Counted from the first letter of the stretch, positions 47,756 through 57,938 are shown. The stretch is DNA of 64,000 bases from Chryseolinea sp. (GCA_041747735.1 JBGTEP010000106.1:2980-66979), one strand, 5' to 3'. Program-made: numbers and translations. The notes: generated from the letters alone by a model not told the origin.

Positions 47756-50683
47756 ATGAGCAAAAAGCAAAAACCAATTGTTCCAAAAGTAAACATACCG
47801 GTTAAAAGTAGTTCCGATGGGGGAGATGATATCATACATTCTATCGCCATTGATGGTATGTATCAAAACTGGTTTCTGGATTATGCGTCATACGTAATTC
47901 TCGAACGCGCCGTTCCTCGCATTGAAGACGGGTTCAAGCCCGTTCAGCGAAGGATTATGCACTCGCTAAAAGAGATGGACGATGGGCGTTTTAATAAAGT
48001 TGCTAACGTCATCGGAAACACTATGCAATATCACCCGCATGGAGACGCCTCTATTGGAGATGCTATTGTTAACATTGGACAGAAAGATATCCTTATTGAA
48101 ACACAAGGTAATTGGGGTGATGTCCGGACAGGTGACGGTGCGGCTGCACCACGTTATATCGAAGCACGGCTTTCAAAATTTGCTCTGGATGTAGCGTTTA
48201 ACGGGCAGACTACCGAATGGCAATTATCATACGATGGCAGGAAAAAGGAACCTGTTACTCTTCCGGTTAAATTCCCACTGCTGCTAGCTCAGGGCGTTGA
48301 AGGTATAGCGGTAGGGTTATCAACGAAAATTCTTCCGCATAACTTTTGTGAACTGATCAAAGCTTCAATTGATATTTTGAAAGGAAAGAACCCCAAGATC
48401 TATCCTGACTTTTTCACGGGAGGTATAGCTGATTTTTCTGAATACAACCAGGGGCTACGAGGCGGTAAGATCAAGGTTAGGGCACGAATGGATATTCTCG
48501 ATAAGAAAACACTGGTCGTCAGAGATATTCCATTTTCTACTACGACCACTTCGCTGATGGAATCCATTGTGAAGGCCAGTGAAAAAGGACAGATTAAAGT
48601 AAAGCAGGTAATCGACAATACAGCCAAAGATGTCGAAATACAAATCCTTCTTCAGCCAGGCCAGTCACCTGAGATTGCGCTGGATGCTCTCTACGCATTT
48701 ACCGACTGTGAAATCAGTATTTCACCAAACGCCTGCGTAATTGTTGAAGACAAGCCTAAGTTTTTACCGGTAGGAGAAATTCTGAAGTACAACACCAATC
48801 ATACGCTTCAGCTTCTTAAACAGGAATTGCAAATCCGGAAAGGGGAGTTGATGGAGAAAATACTGTTCTCATCGCTTGAAAAAATCTTTATCGAGAAACG
48901 TATCTATCGTGATATTGAAGAAGCAGAAAGCTGGGAGGAAGTAATCGATACAATTGATAAGGGCTTAAAGCCACATAAAAAGAAATTCTATCGTGAGATC
49001 ACCCGCGATGATATCGTTAGACTAACGGAAATCAGAATAAAACGGATTTCTAAATTCGATTCATTCAAGGCTGATGAACTGATGAAGGACCTTGAAAAGG
49101 AACTCAAAGAAACGGAACATCACCTCAGACATCTTACTGACTATGCGATCGCATACTTTCAAAACCTTCTTGAGAAGTATGGCAAAGGGCGTGAACGTAA
49201 AACTGAAATCAAGAGCTTCCAGTCAGTAACGGCAGTAGAAGTAATTGCCAATAACCAAAAACTGTATGTTAACCGTTCTGACGGATTCATCGGTTACGGA
49301 TTAAAAAAGGATGAATACATCTGTGACTGCTCTGAACTGGATGACGTTATTGTAATCCGTAAAGACGGTAAAGCACGAGTTTCACGCATTGCAGATAAAG
49401 TATTTATGGGCAAAGACATTTTGTATGTCGGTATCTGGAAAAAGGGCGACGACAGAATGGTGTATAACGTGGTGTACGCCGACGGCAAGAGTGGTAAAGG
49501 CTTCGCCAAACGCTTTACCATGCCTGGCATTACTCGTGATAAAGAGTATCCAATTGCAACAGATGATAAGAATTCCAGGATTTACTACGTTAGTGGTAAT
49601 CCAAATGGAGAAGCTGAAATGGTTGAAGTAAAACTATCGCAGGCGAGTACCGCACGGAAGAAGGTATTTGAATATGACTTCTCTGAGCTTGAAGTAAAAG
49701 GTCGCGGTTCCCGTGGGAATACGATCACGAAATATCCTATGCGTAAAGTTGACTTCCTCAAAGCGGGAACGTCTACTTTGAGTAAATTGAATTTGTGGTA
49801 TGATGAAGATGCCGGCAGACTTAATAAGGACAGTCGTGGGAAATACCTCGGCAAATTTGACGGCGATGACAAGATTATAACCTTTACAAGGAATGGTTCA
49901 TACAAAATCACCAACTATGAATTGACCAATCGTTTTGAGCCAGAGAAAACATTATTGGTTGAAAAATTCCATCCGAATAAACCTGTATCGGCTATCTATG
50001 TTGACGGTGAAAGTAAACAGCATATGGTGAAGCGTTTCATGATTGAAACTACAACGCAGGATAAGGAGTTTGGATTTATTACTGAATCAATTGGATCAAG
50101 GCTCGTGGTAGTGACCACTTCAGAATCTCCTGAAGTTGAGTTGGAATTAATAAAAGGAAAAGAAAAGGAGAAATCTGCTGAGGTTGTAAACCTGGAGGAT
50201 CTGATCGATGTAAAAGGCTGGAAGGCGCTCGGTAATCGACTTACACAGTTCAAGGTTTCAAAAGTTAACCTGGTGAAGGAAGAAGAAGCGGCGAGCGAAC
50301 AAGCTGATGATGAAAGCGATGATGAGACGCAACCCGACGACAATCGGGAAAAAAAAAAGAGTACCAGACTCAAGACCCCAACCAGTGGATTGAAGAAGGG
50401 GAACAAGCCAGTCTCTTCGGTGAAGCCGAAAAGCCAAAGCAAGCTCCCAGCCACCAGCAAAAAAGCGAGCCCACTAAAAAAGTCAAAGTCGAGCAGGCAA
50501 ACCTCTTCGGCGAAGAACCAAAAACCGAAGCCAGCCAAAAAGCAGGCAGTGGAGAAGAAGGTAGCAAAGAAAGTATCGAAGAAGATCGCAAAGAAAGTAG
50601 CGAAGAAAGTGGTAAAGAAGGCAGGGAAGAAGATCGCAAAAACATCGCCGAAGAAAACAGCAAAGAAGGGACGGAAGAAATAG
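47756..50683 (+). CDS. parC: DNA topoisomerase IV/gyrase subunit A, frame-0 product with a Lys-rich (xxKK)n tail
   Basis: DGFKPVQRR, YHPHGD, AAPRYIEAR (catalytic Tyr); downstream of parE. Confidence 0.95.
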   Translation: MSKKQKPIVPKVNIPVKSSSDGGDDIIHSIAIDGMYQNWFLDYASYVILERAVPRIEDGFKPVQRRIMHSLKEMDDGRFNKVANVIGNTMQYHPHGDASIGDAIVNIGQKDILIETQGNWGDVRTGDGAAAPRYIEARLSKFALDVAFNGQTTEWQLSYDGRKKEPVTLPVKFPLLLAQGVEGIAVGLSTKILPHNFCELIKASIDILKGKNPKIYPDFFTGGIADFSEYNQGLRGGKIKVRARMDILDKKTLVVRDIPFSTTTTSLMESIVKASEKGQIKVKQVIDNTAKDVEIQILLQPGQSPEIALDALYAFTDCEISISPNACVIVEDKPKFLPVGEILKYNTNHTLQLLKQELQIRKGELMEKILFSSLEKIFIEKRIYRDIEEAESWEEVIDTIDKGLKPHKKKFYREITRDDIVRLTEIRIKRISKFDSFKADELMKDLEKELKETEHHLRHLTDYAIAYFQNLLEKYGKGRERKTEIKSFQSVTAVEVIANNQKLYVNRSDGFIGYGLKKDEYICDCSELDDVIVIRKDGKARVSRIADKVFMGKDILYVGIWKKGDDRMVYNVVYADGKSGKGFAKRFTMPGITRDKEYPIATDDKNSRIYYVSGNPNGEAEMVEVKLSQASTARKKVFEYDFSELEVKGRGSRGNTITKYPMRKVDFLKAGTSTLSKLNLWYDEDAGRLNKDSRGKYLGKFDGDDKIITFTRNGSYKITNYELTNRFEPEKTLLVEKFHPNKPVSAIYVDGESKQHMVKRFMIETTTQDKEFGFITESIGSRLVVVTTSESPEVELELIKGKEKEKSAEVVNLEDLIDVKGWKALGNRLTQFKVSKVNLVKEEEAASEQADDESDDETQPDDNREKKKSTRLKTPTSGLKKGNKPVSSVKPKSQSKLPATSKKASPLKKSKSSRQTSSAKNQKPKPAKKQAVEKKVAKKVSKKIAKKVAKKVVKKAGKKIAKTSPKKTAKKGRKK

Positions 50684-50778
50684 TTCGTTCCGCTGAAGAG
50701 TCAAAGGACGACAAACGTGATGACGATGATGATGATGATACACTTGGCGTAGGCCAAACAGTAGAGTGGAAGGTGTAA
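50359..50778 (+). other. Startless -1 reading frame (139 aa, acidic) overlapping the parC tail, entered at A_AAA_AAG 50353-50359
   Basis: The -1 frame is blocked by TGA codons up to 50325 and open to TAA 50776-50778; contains EQASLFGE, EQANLFGE, D7 and TLGVGQTVEWKV. Confidence 0.7.
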
Positions 50779-50873
50779 GTGTTGTTGTTTCTAATTGGAA
50801 GGGTGGGAATTCACAATTAACATCTTTTACTTTTGTTAAACTTCAACTTGGATAAGCGTTGGATGCTTTTCTA

Positions 50874-50904
50874 AGCGTCGTCTTTTGAGATGCTATTTTT
50901 GTTT
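50874..50904 (+). terminator. Possible intrinsic terminator after parC
   Basis: AGCGTC-G-TC-TTTT-GA-GATGCT stem-loop followed by ATTTTTGTTT. Confidence 0.45.
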
Positions 50905-50987
50905 AACACGCTTGTCACCTTTTCATAATTATTTGATAATCCGCTGTGCTTTGATCTCTAACGTCGATAGTCAACCTTTGGCTGAAG

Positions 50988-51587
50988 ATGCTTCAGCTAA
51001 CCGACGATAACGATCAAAACCTTTTTAAACGGATACAAAAAGACGACAGGTTTGCATTGAACCTGTTGTTCACACAGTATTATCAGAGACTTTGTTTTTT
51101 TGCCAATACATTTCTTCGCAGCACAGAAGAAGCAGAAGAAGTAGTAGCAGATGTATTTCTTACTATCTGGAAAAACCGTAAACACCTTTCTGTCGAGAAA
51201 AACTTTAAGGCATATCTTTATGTATCGGTCAGGCATGCTTCGCTTGCTATGTTAAAAAAGCGTCAACCGTTATTTGAAGACGTTGAGGATATTTTGTTTA
51301 GCACCAATCTTTTAGATGACAATGATCCCGGTCGGATTTTAGAACATAAAGAACTTCAGCACCAGTTATCCGTTGCGATAGAAAGTCTTCCGTCGCGTTG
51401 TAAGCAAATTTTTTTGATGAGCAGAATGGAAGCATTAACCTACCGCGAAATCAGCGAAGTGTTGGGAATTGCTGAAAAGACTGTTGAAAACCAACTTGTA
51501 AAAGCATTAAGCATTCTCCGCGATTGTTTGGGATATTATCAACGATCAAAACCTGGGCACCATCCTGCTCCCTTAACAGAAGCTTAA
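50988..51587 (+). CDS. ECF sigma-70 factor
   Basis: EAEEVVADVFL, LPSRCKQIFLMSR...YREISEVLGIAEKTVENQL. Confidence 0.95.
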   Translation: MLQLTDDNDQNLFKRIQKDDRFALNLLFTQYYQRLCFFANTFLRSTEEAEEVVADVFLTIWKNRKHLSVEKNFKAYLYVSVRHASLAMLKKRQPLFEDVEDILFSTNLLDDNDPGRILEHKELQHQLSVAIESLPSRCKQIFLMSRMEALTYREISEVLGIAEKTVENQLVKALSILRDCLGYYQRSKPGHHPAPLTEA

Positions 51588-51656
51588 TGTTTAAATAATA
51601 TTGCGACGTAGTGGGGTGATCGAATAATACTACTCCTCCCGGGTAGATCACACACT

Positions 51657-52661
51657 ATGGAAAATATAAATCCTGAGAACCTTATTGTTCGATACTTATC
51701 GAAAGAAGCCTCCGATGCTGAACAAGAGGAACTGCTCAGCTGGATTGCGAAAGATCCTTCAAATCAAAAAATGTTCGATGAGTGGCTAGCTCTATGGGAG
51801 AAGAGACTACCCGATCAGCCGGTATTTGATTTGTCTCAAAGCCTCCGAAAATTAAATGAACAGATTGACGAATACGATAAAGTTGAAAAGGACAAAGCGA
51901 TTGAAGATAGTTCATTTGCCTGGCGGAAAATAGCAGCATCCGTTATAGTTTTTCTGATGGCTTGCGTCGGTATCTTTTTCCTTGGGAAGCATTCCGAGTT
52001 CCGTTCAAAGGAGAGTGTGTTATTGGAAAAGACAACCAAATCCCGGGAAAAGACAACGGTATCGCTTGCAGATGGATCCGTTGTTTATCTGAATGGAGAA
52101 TCAAGTATCAGATTTCCGGAAGCATTTACCGGGTTCAAGCGTGAGGTGTACCTTACGGGTGAAGCTTTTTTTGAAGTGAAAAAGGATACCCTTCGGCCTT
52201 TCATTATCCACACAGAGAATTTGCAGACCCAGGTGCTGGGAACTTCTTTCAATATTAATTCTTCATCCAGTCACATCGTTGTAACGGTTGCTACTGGTCG
52301 GGTCAGGGTATCATCAGATAAAGAAGATCACATGCTTTTGCCGGAAGAGAAAATTACCTACTCAATAGGTTCTTCGCAAATCAAAAAGTCCCGGGCCGAT
52401 CTTGATCATGAATTAGCCTGGCGGACAAATACTATCATCTTCGAAGATGCACTTCTCGTAGATGCCGTTCGAAAATTGGAGGAGTCCTTCGGCGTTAGTA
52501 TCACCTTCCAAAACAAATTACTTGAGAAGTGCCTGATCACTGGAAAGTATAAAAACCAGTCTCTTGAAAAAATTCTCCAGGCTATGTGCTTTAGTACTGG
52601 TATGAAATATCAAATCATAGATAAAAAAATTATCCTCTCCGGACAAGGATGTGAAGACTAA
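51657..52661 (+). CDS. FecR-family anti-sigma factor
   Basis: One TM helix; LADGSVVYLN, GEAFFEV, VLGTSFN. Confidence 0.95.
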   Translation: MENINPENLIVRYLSKEASDAEQEELLSWIAKDPSNQKMFDEWLALWEKRLPDQPVFDLSQSLRKLNEQIDEYDKVEKDKAIEDSSFAWRKIAASVIVFLMACVGIFFLGKHSEFRSKESVLLEKTTKSREKTTVSLADGSVVYLNGESSIRFPEAFTGFKREVYLTGEAFFEVKKDTLRPFIIHTENLQTQVLGTSFNINSSSSHIVVTVATGRVRVSSDKEDHMLLPEEKITYSIGSSQIKKSRADLDHELAWRTNTIIFEDALLVDAVRKLEESFGVSITFQNKLLEKCLITGKYKNQSLEKILQAMCFSTGMKYQIIDKKIILSGQGCED

Positions 52662-52732
52662 GCAAGCTCAATTCTGGCTGGGGAAACAGAATACTAATTT
52701 AAAAAGAAACTAACTATCTAAACATTAATCCT

Positions 52733-55700
52733 ATGCAAAAAAAGTTACGAACGCTTACAACTACTGCGCTCAGGCTTTCCAGGTACGCAACCCTGGGTTT
52801 AATTCTTCAGTGCTTCTTGCTGAATCTGCTGCTGGCGAACGTAACAGCGCAGAACATCTACGATGTAAAGCTTGAACTGCAACTAAAAGATAAAACGTTA
52901 AAAGAAGTGTTCTCGCTCATCGAATCGAAAACTGAATTCACTTTTACCTATAGCAGCCGAAAAATTGATCTCTCGAAAAGACTTACACTCGATGGAAGCC
53001 TGAAAAATTTGGGACAGATTTTAGAGTCCGTCTCAAAACAGTCAAACATTGAAGTCGAACAGATCGACAATCTCCTCATGGTTAAACCCTCGGCTACGGT
53101 GCAACGAACACAACGGGTTGTTATAGGCGCTATTCGAGGCAGAGTGATCGATGACCAGATGAATTCAGTCCTTCCTGGAGCTACCATCATGCAAATGGGA
53201 ACAAACAATGGAACAACATCGGATATTAATGGGGAATTTCTACTACGCGTTCCACCAGGAGATGTTGAAATCGAAGTTAGTTACATCGGTTTCAAAAAGT
53301 ACTCCGAAGTCGTAACAGTAAGCGATGGAGAGGTAAAGGATGTTGAATTCAAAATGATCAGCGATGCGACCCAGCTTCAGGATGTTATTATAACCGGTGT
53401 ATTACAGGGACAGCAACGTGCGTTGAACCAACAAAAGACGGCAGACAATATCAAGAACGTTGTCAGTGCCGATCAAATCGGAAGATTTCCGGATCCCAAC
53501 GTCGCTGAAGCTTTGCAGCGTGTGCCTGCCGTTAATATTGAAAGAGATCAGGGTGAAGGACGTTACGTACTCGTTCGTGGTCTTGCACCACAGTTCACGA
53601 ACATCAATGTCAATGGTGAACAAATCCCATCTCCGGAAGCAGGTGTCCGGTATGTAGCTCTTGATGCGATACCTGCAGATCAGCTGGCTTCCATTGAAGT
53701 AAGTAAGTCGCTTACACCTGATATGGATGGCGATGCAATAGGAGGATCCGTTAACCTGATTACACGTACAGCGCAGTCTGAGGAACTTAGTGTGAGTGCA
53801 TCAGGATTGGTAGGGTATAATGATATTAGCGGTAGAGCAAACTTGCAGGGTTCTCTTCAGTTAAGCAAAAGATTCCTCAATAATAAATTGGGTATAATGC
53901 TTAACTCAAGTTATTATGAGACTGAACGCGGATCTGATAACTGGGAACGTGATGATGATGCACTCGATTTCAGAGACTATGAGCTCACACGAACGCGCCT
54001 TGGGCTTAGTAGTACCATCGATTATAAATTCGATGATAAGAATGAAATTTATTTCAGAACACTTTACAATCGATTCTCAGACCGCGAGTTTAGAAGAAGT
54101 ACGGTCTTCATTCCAGATTTAGATGAATCGCCATTTGAAGACAACGAAATCGAACGATTCACAAAAGATCGATTGGAAAAACAAATTGTTACCAGTTTCA
54201 ACCTGGGCGCTAAGCATGCATTTTCAAAGTTCAATTTAGACTATGAAGTGTCATATTCTGAAGCCATTCAGGATACTCCATTTGATATTGAAGTCGGAAG
54301 CGTTACATCAGTTGACCAACTTTCGATTGACTTTGATTCTAACCCGGATTTCCCATCGTTTGTTGTGGATGACTTACCCCATACCAGTGCTGGCAATATT
54401 TATCTGGACAATTCGACTTATGAATTTGATGAGGTGACCATGGGAAGTTCCTATGCAAAAGATTTTAACAAAACGGCCAAGTTTAACATCGGTGTTCCTT
54501 ATAAAGCCGGAGAAACCGAAGGGTTGTTTAAGTTTGGTGGAAAGGTGAGACTAAAAGAAAAGAATTTTAGTATCAATGAAAACGTGTTTGGTTATACGGG
54601 AACAGATGACCTTACCCTCGATCAGTATGCCGGAGGCACGGTAGATGATAATTTCCTTGGTAACCGATACAAGTTAAGTGCAAATGCAGACCCGGAAACT
54701 TTTGTAAAATACTTCAACGCGAACACAGAGAGTTTTGAGTTGTCGGTTGATGACAAGCTAGTAACGGAAGCTGCTGAAGCATATACCTCCAGTGAAGACG
54801 TTTATGCAGGTTATATGATGACCAAACTCCAGTTTAGCCGGTTAATGCTCCTGGGTGGTTTCCGATACGAACATACTAAAGTTGCGTATCAGTCATTTAA
54901 CGTTGTAAATGAAAGCGACATCCTCCCTGAAAGTGGAGGAACGGAGTACGGCTACTTTTTACCGCAGCTGCATGCACGTTACAAAGTAAACGACAATACC
55001 AATCTTCGTGCTGCTGTTACGAGAACTTATGCAAGACCTAACTTCGAAGATATTATTCCCGCACAGGAAATCAGTATAAATGAAAGGGAAGGTACGATCG
55101 GTAATCCTCAGATCAAGCCGGTTTCTGCTACCAATGTTGATCTACTTGGCGAAAAGTATTTTGGTACAATAGGGATATTGTCAGGTGGATTATTTTATAA
55201 GAGACTTAATGACTTCATTTTTACACGAAGATTTCAGTCGAGTGTTTATCCTGGTTCAGAAGGCATACCGATCAATCTCACGCAGGCTCAAAATGGCGAG
55301 GATGCAAGTTTGTTTGGTTTTGAAGTTGCGTATCAGCAGAATCTTGCATTTCTTCCTGGTTTCCTGAAGGGGTTTAGTATTTATAGTAATTACACCTTTA
55401 CTAATTCGAATGCAAACATTCAATCTCGCGAAAATGACAATCAGGAGGAAGAGATTCGCTTACCCGGCCAGGCAAAGCACGTAGGAAATTTCTCTATCGG
55501 ATATGATTTAAAGCGTTTTAACTTTCGTGTATCGGCGAATTTTAATGGTGAATACATTAGTGAGATTGGTGAAGATGTTGATGAAGATGTTTACGTCAAA
55601 GATCGGGTTCAGTTTGATGCTACCGCTACTGTTACAATTACACCCAAGCTTAGGTTCTTCGCTGAATTTCTGAATATCACTAACCAGCCTTTTGAAGTCT

Positions 55701-55780
55701 ATCAAGGCACGGAAGATCGCTACATCCAGCGCGAATTTTATTCATGGTGGACCCGTGTAGGTTTGAAGTTTGATTTTTAA
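52733..55780 (+). CDS. TonB-dependent receptor with N-terminal STN-like signalling domain
   Basis: N-terminal LKEVFSLIESKTEFTF; plug GRFPDPNVAEALQR...GEGRY; ends in GLKFDF. Confidence 0.95.
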   Translation: MQKKLRTLTTTALRLSRYATLGLILQCFLLNLLLANVTAQNIYDVKLELQLKDKTLKEVFSLIESKTEFTFTYSSRKIDLSKRLTLDGSLKNLGQILESVSKQSNIEVEQIDNLLMVKPSATVQRTQRVVIGAIRGRVIDDQMNSVLPGATIMQMGTNNGTTSDINGEFLLRVPPGDVEIEVSYIGFKKYSEVVTVSDGEVKDVEFKMISDATQLQDVIITGVLQGQQRALNQQKTADNIKNVVSADQIGRFPDPNVAEALQRVPAVNIERDQGEGRYVLVRGLAPQFTNINVNGEQIPSPEAGVRYVALDAIPADQLASIEVSKSLTPDMDGDAIGGSVNLITRTAQSEELSVSASGLVGYNDISGRANLQGSLQLSKRFLNNKLGIMLNSSYYETERGSDNWERDDDALDFRDYELTRTRLGLSSTIDYKFDDKNEIYFRTLYNRFSDREFRRSTVFIPDLDESPFEDNEIERFTKDRLEKQIVTSFNLGAKHAFSKFNLDYEVSYSEAIQDTPFDIEVGSVTSVDQLSIDFDSNPDFPSFVVDDLPHTSAGNIYLDNSTYEFDEVTMGSSYAKDFNKTAKFNIGVPYKAGETEGLFKFGGKVRLKEKNFSINENVFGYTGTDDLTLDQYAGGTVDDNFLGNRYKLSANADPETFVKYFNANTESFELSVDDKLVTEAAEAYTSSEDVYAGYMMTKLQFSRLMLLGGFRYEHTKVAYQSFNVVNESDILPESGGTEYGYFLPQLHARYKVNDNTNLRAAVTRTYARPNFEDIIPAQEISINEREGTIGNPQIKPVSATNVDLLGEKYFGTIGILSGGLFYKRLNDFIFTRRFQSSVYPGSEGIPINLTQAQNGEDASLFGFEVAYQQNLAFLPGFLKGFSIYSNYTFTNSNANIQSRENDNQEEEIRLPGQAKHVGNFSIGYDLKRFNFRVSANFNGEYISEIGEDVDEDVYVKDRVQFDATATVTITPKLRFFAEFLNITNQPFEVYQGTEDRYIQREFYSWWTRVGLKFDF

Positions 55781-55798
55781 TTCTAATCACCTGTTAAA

Positions 55799-56836
55799 AT
55801 GAAAAAATATCAGAATATAAATTCCCTTCTATTAGTAAGTGCACTGTTCTTTGGTTGCGCCGACAATACATTTGATGAATTACCGCTTGATAACAATTTC
55901 GCCTTTCAGCTCGTGCTTGATGTTGAAGAAGGAGCTGACTTACCCGATGCCGAGGATTTCGGCCTTGAAGTAAAGTTCGCCGACTACCTTCCAGATCTGG
56001 ATTTGCCTGGAAGTACGATTATATTGAGCTATGAAATTTTTGACCTCGAAGATGATATGGTGGGCAATGTTGTAATTGATAAGGTGATCTATGAAATTGA
56101 ATTGGACGATTGTGTTTATGAACGCGAGCTTACGTTTACCTCAGCAGGTGACGGTTTGAACGGAACAATAACGATTTCGCCTGACGCCGATTTGGGCACT
56201 GTCCCCGAAGCTTTTGAAATAGTATTTACGCTGCCCGGTCTGGATAACACAGAGGGAAGTTTTAAAATGCAACTTTCAAATCTGCAATCCTCTGCTAATC
56301 TCCTCTTGGGTTACCCCAGGGTATTTGAATACAATGTACTGGACAACGATGTGGCTGGTGAATGGCAACTCGAAATTAAATCCGAAGAGGAGTTTGAAGA
56401 ATTTAAGGCAGTGTTTGGTGAATTAAATCCGGACTTGCAGGAACTTTCTTTCGAGGATATCACCGGAAGCATAAAAGCTGAGTTTGGCTTTGAGGAAATG
56501 AAGTTTGAAATCGAACTCGTAGAGACAGAAACGATAGTAACCTGCGAAGACGGAGAAGAAGAAACTGAAATAGAAAATAAAGTTATAGAGTTCGAAGCTG
56601 AGTATGAAGCTGAAGACGGTGAACTTGTATTGGAAGGAAGCCGTGAAATCATAAATGATGCCGGTCTTGTGGAAGATGAACTTGATTTCATTGTGGAAGG
56701 CGAGTATGAAATCGATGAAGTCGAGGACACGGTCATCTTTCGCTTTTTCTCCGTCATCGATGAAGATAACTACCGTGAAGGTGAGGAGTTATTTCAGAGA
56801 AGCGAAGGAGTAATATTTACCTTTAAAAAGGACTAG
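55799..56836 (+). CDS. Very acidic hypothetical lipoprotein
   Basis: Lipobox FFGC (Cys20); strongly Asp/Glu-rich. Confidence 0.8.
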   Translation: MKKYQNINSLLLVSALFFGCADNTFDELPLDNNFAFQLVLDVEEGADLPDAEDFGLEVKFADYLPDLDLPGSTIILSYEIFDLEDDMVGNVVIDKVIYEIELDDCVYERELTFTSAGDGLNGTITISPDADLGTVPEAFEIVFTLPGLDNTEGSFKMQLSNLQSSANLLLGYPRVFEYNVLDNDVAGEWQLEIKSEEEFEEFKAVFGELNPDLQELSFEDITGSIKAEFGFEEMKFEIELVETETIVTCEDGEEETEIENKVIEFEAEYEAEDGELVLEGSREIINDAGLVEDELDFIVEGEYEIDEVEDTVIFRFFSVIDEDNYREGEELFQRSEGVIFTFKKD

Positions 56837-56855
56837 TCAAATAGCACTTATTAAA

Positions 56856-57938
56856 ATGAATAAAAATATAGTGTATCTGTTCACGTTTTTTTATTGCCTT
56901 GGATTTATGGGTTTGGTTTCCTGTGATCGAAACCCACCGGTTTCTAAAAATGCAATTAAGCCGAAGATAATTACGGAGCCCGCAGTTCATGATACAGATG
57001 ATCCTGCTATCTGGATAAACGAAGAAAATCCGGCAGAAAGTCTTATCATCGGTACAGATAAGGATGAAGATGGTGCATTGATGGTTTATAATCTTGATGG
57101 GAAAATTATTGAAGAGAAGACTGTAAGAGGAATTAAGCGACCCAATAACGTTGATGTTATAGACGTGAAAGTAAATGACAGTACGAATATTTCCATTGCT
57201 GTAACGACCGAGCGCCTTGCGAATAAAATCAGAATATTCTGCCTTCCCGATATGAAGCCTGTTGACAATGGAGGTATTGAAGTTTTTGAAGGTGAGGTAG
57301 AACGAGATCCAATGGGTATAGCACTTTACAGGCGTGTATCCGACAGTGTCGTGTTTGCAATCGTAGGCCGAAAGACAGGACCCACCGATAATTATTTATG
57401 GCAGTACAGGCTTGATTGGGATAATGCCGGGAATATCAAAGCAACGAAGGTAAGAGAATTTGGAAAGTACAGTGGCAAAAAGGAGATCGAAGCCATAGCA
57501 GTCGATCATGAGTTGGGATATGTATATTGCTCCGATGAACAGGTGGGGGTGCGGAAATATTATGCAGATCCAGACAAAGGAAATGCTGAACTCGCGCTCT
57601 TTGCTACAGAAGGTTTTGCGGGTGATCATGAAGGTATCAGTATTTATCGAACGGATTCTGTATCCGGATATATTCTGGTGTCAGATCAACAAGCGAATAA
57701 GTTTCATATTTATACGCGCGAAGGGACTTCAGCAAATCCACATGAACACGTAGAAGTGAAGGTGATTGATGTTTCCGCTGTCGAAAGCGATGGATCTGAG
57801 GTAACGCATCGATCGTTGGGAGCCAGGTTTCCGAATGGCCTTTTTGTTGTCATGTCAACGGATAAGACGTTTCACCTTTACGATTGGGTTGACATTGCTG
57901 GCGACGATCTTAAACGGGCGAGGCAAACAGATAGATAA
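56856..57938 (+). CDS. Beta-propeller phytase (lipoprotein)
   Basis: Lipobox LVSC; DDPAIW, PNNVD, EIEAIAVD, EGISIY, SDGSEV. Confidence 0.92.
   Translation: MNKNIVYLFTFFYCLGFMGLVSCDRNPPVSKNAIKPKIITEPAVHDTDDPAIWINEENPAESLIIGTDKDEDGALMVYNLDGKIIEEKTVRGIKRPNNVDVIDVKVNDSTNISIAVTTERLANKIRIFCLPDMKPVDNGGIEVFEGEVERDPMGIALYRRVSDSVVFAIVGRKTGPTDNYLWQYRLDWDNAGNIKATKVREFGKYSGKKEIEAIAVDHELGYVYCSDEQVGVRKYYADPDKGNAELALFATEGFAGDHEGISIYRTDSVSGYILVSDQQANKFHIYTREGTSANPHEHVEVKVIDVSAVESDGSEVTHRSLGARFPNGLFVVMSTDKTFHLYDWVDIAGDDLKRARQTDR

Noticed and set aside
50550-50683. 12-nt periodic repeats as a possible CRISPR or VNTR
   Set aside because: No spacers; explained by the coding (xxKK)n repeat.
49996-50743. Antisense ORFs 49996..50538, 50370..50714 and 50483..50743
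   Set aside because: Ser/Phe/Leu-rich shadows of the purine-rich plus-strand frames; not credible proteins.
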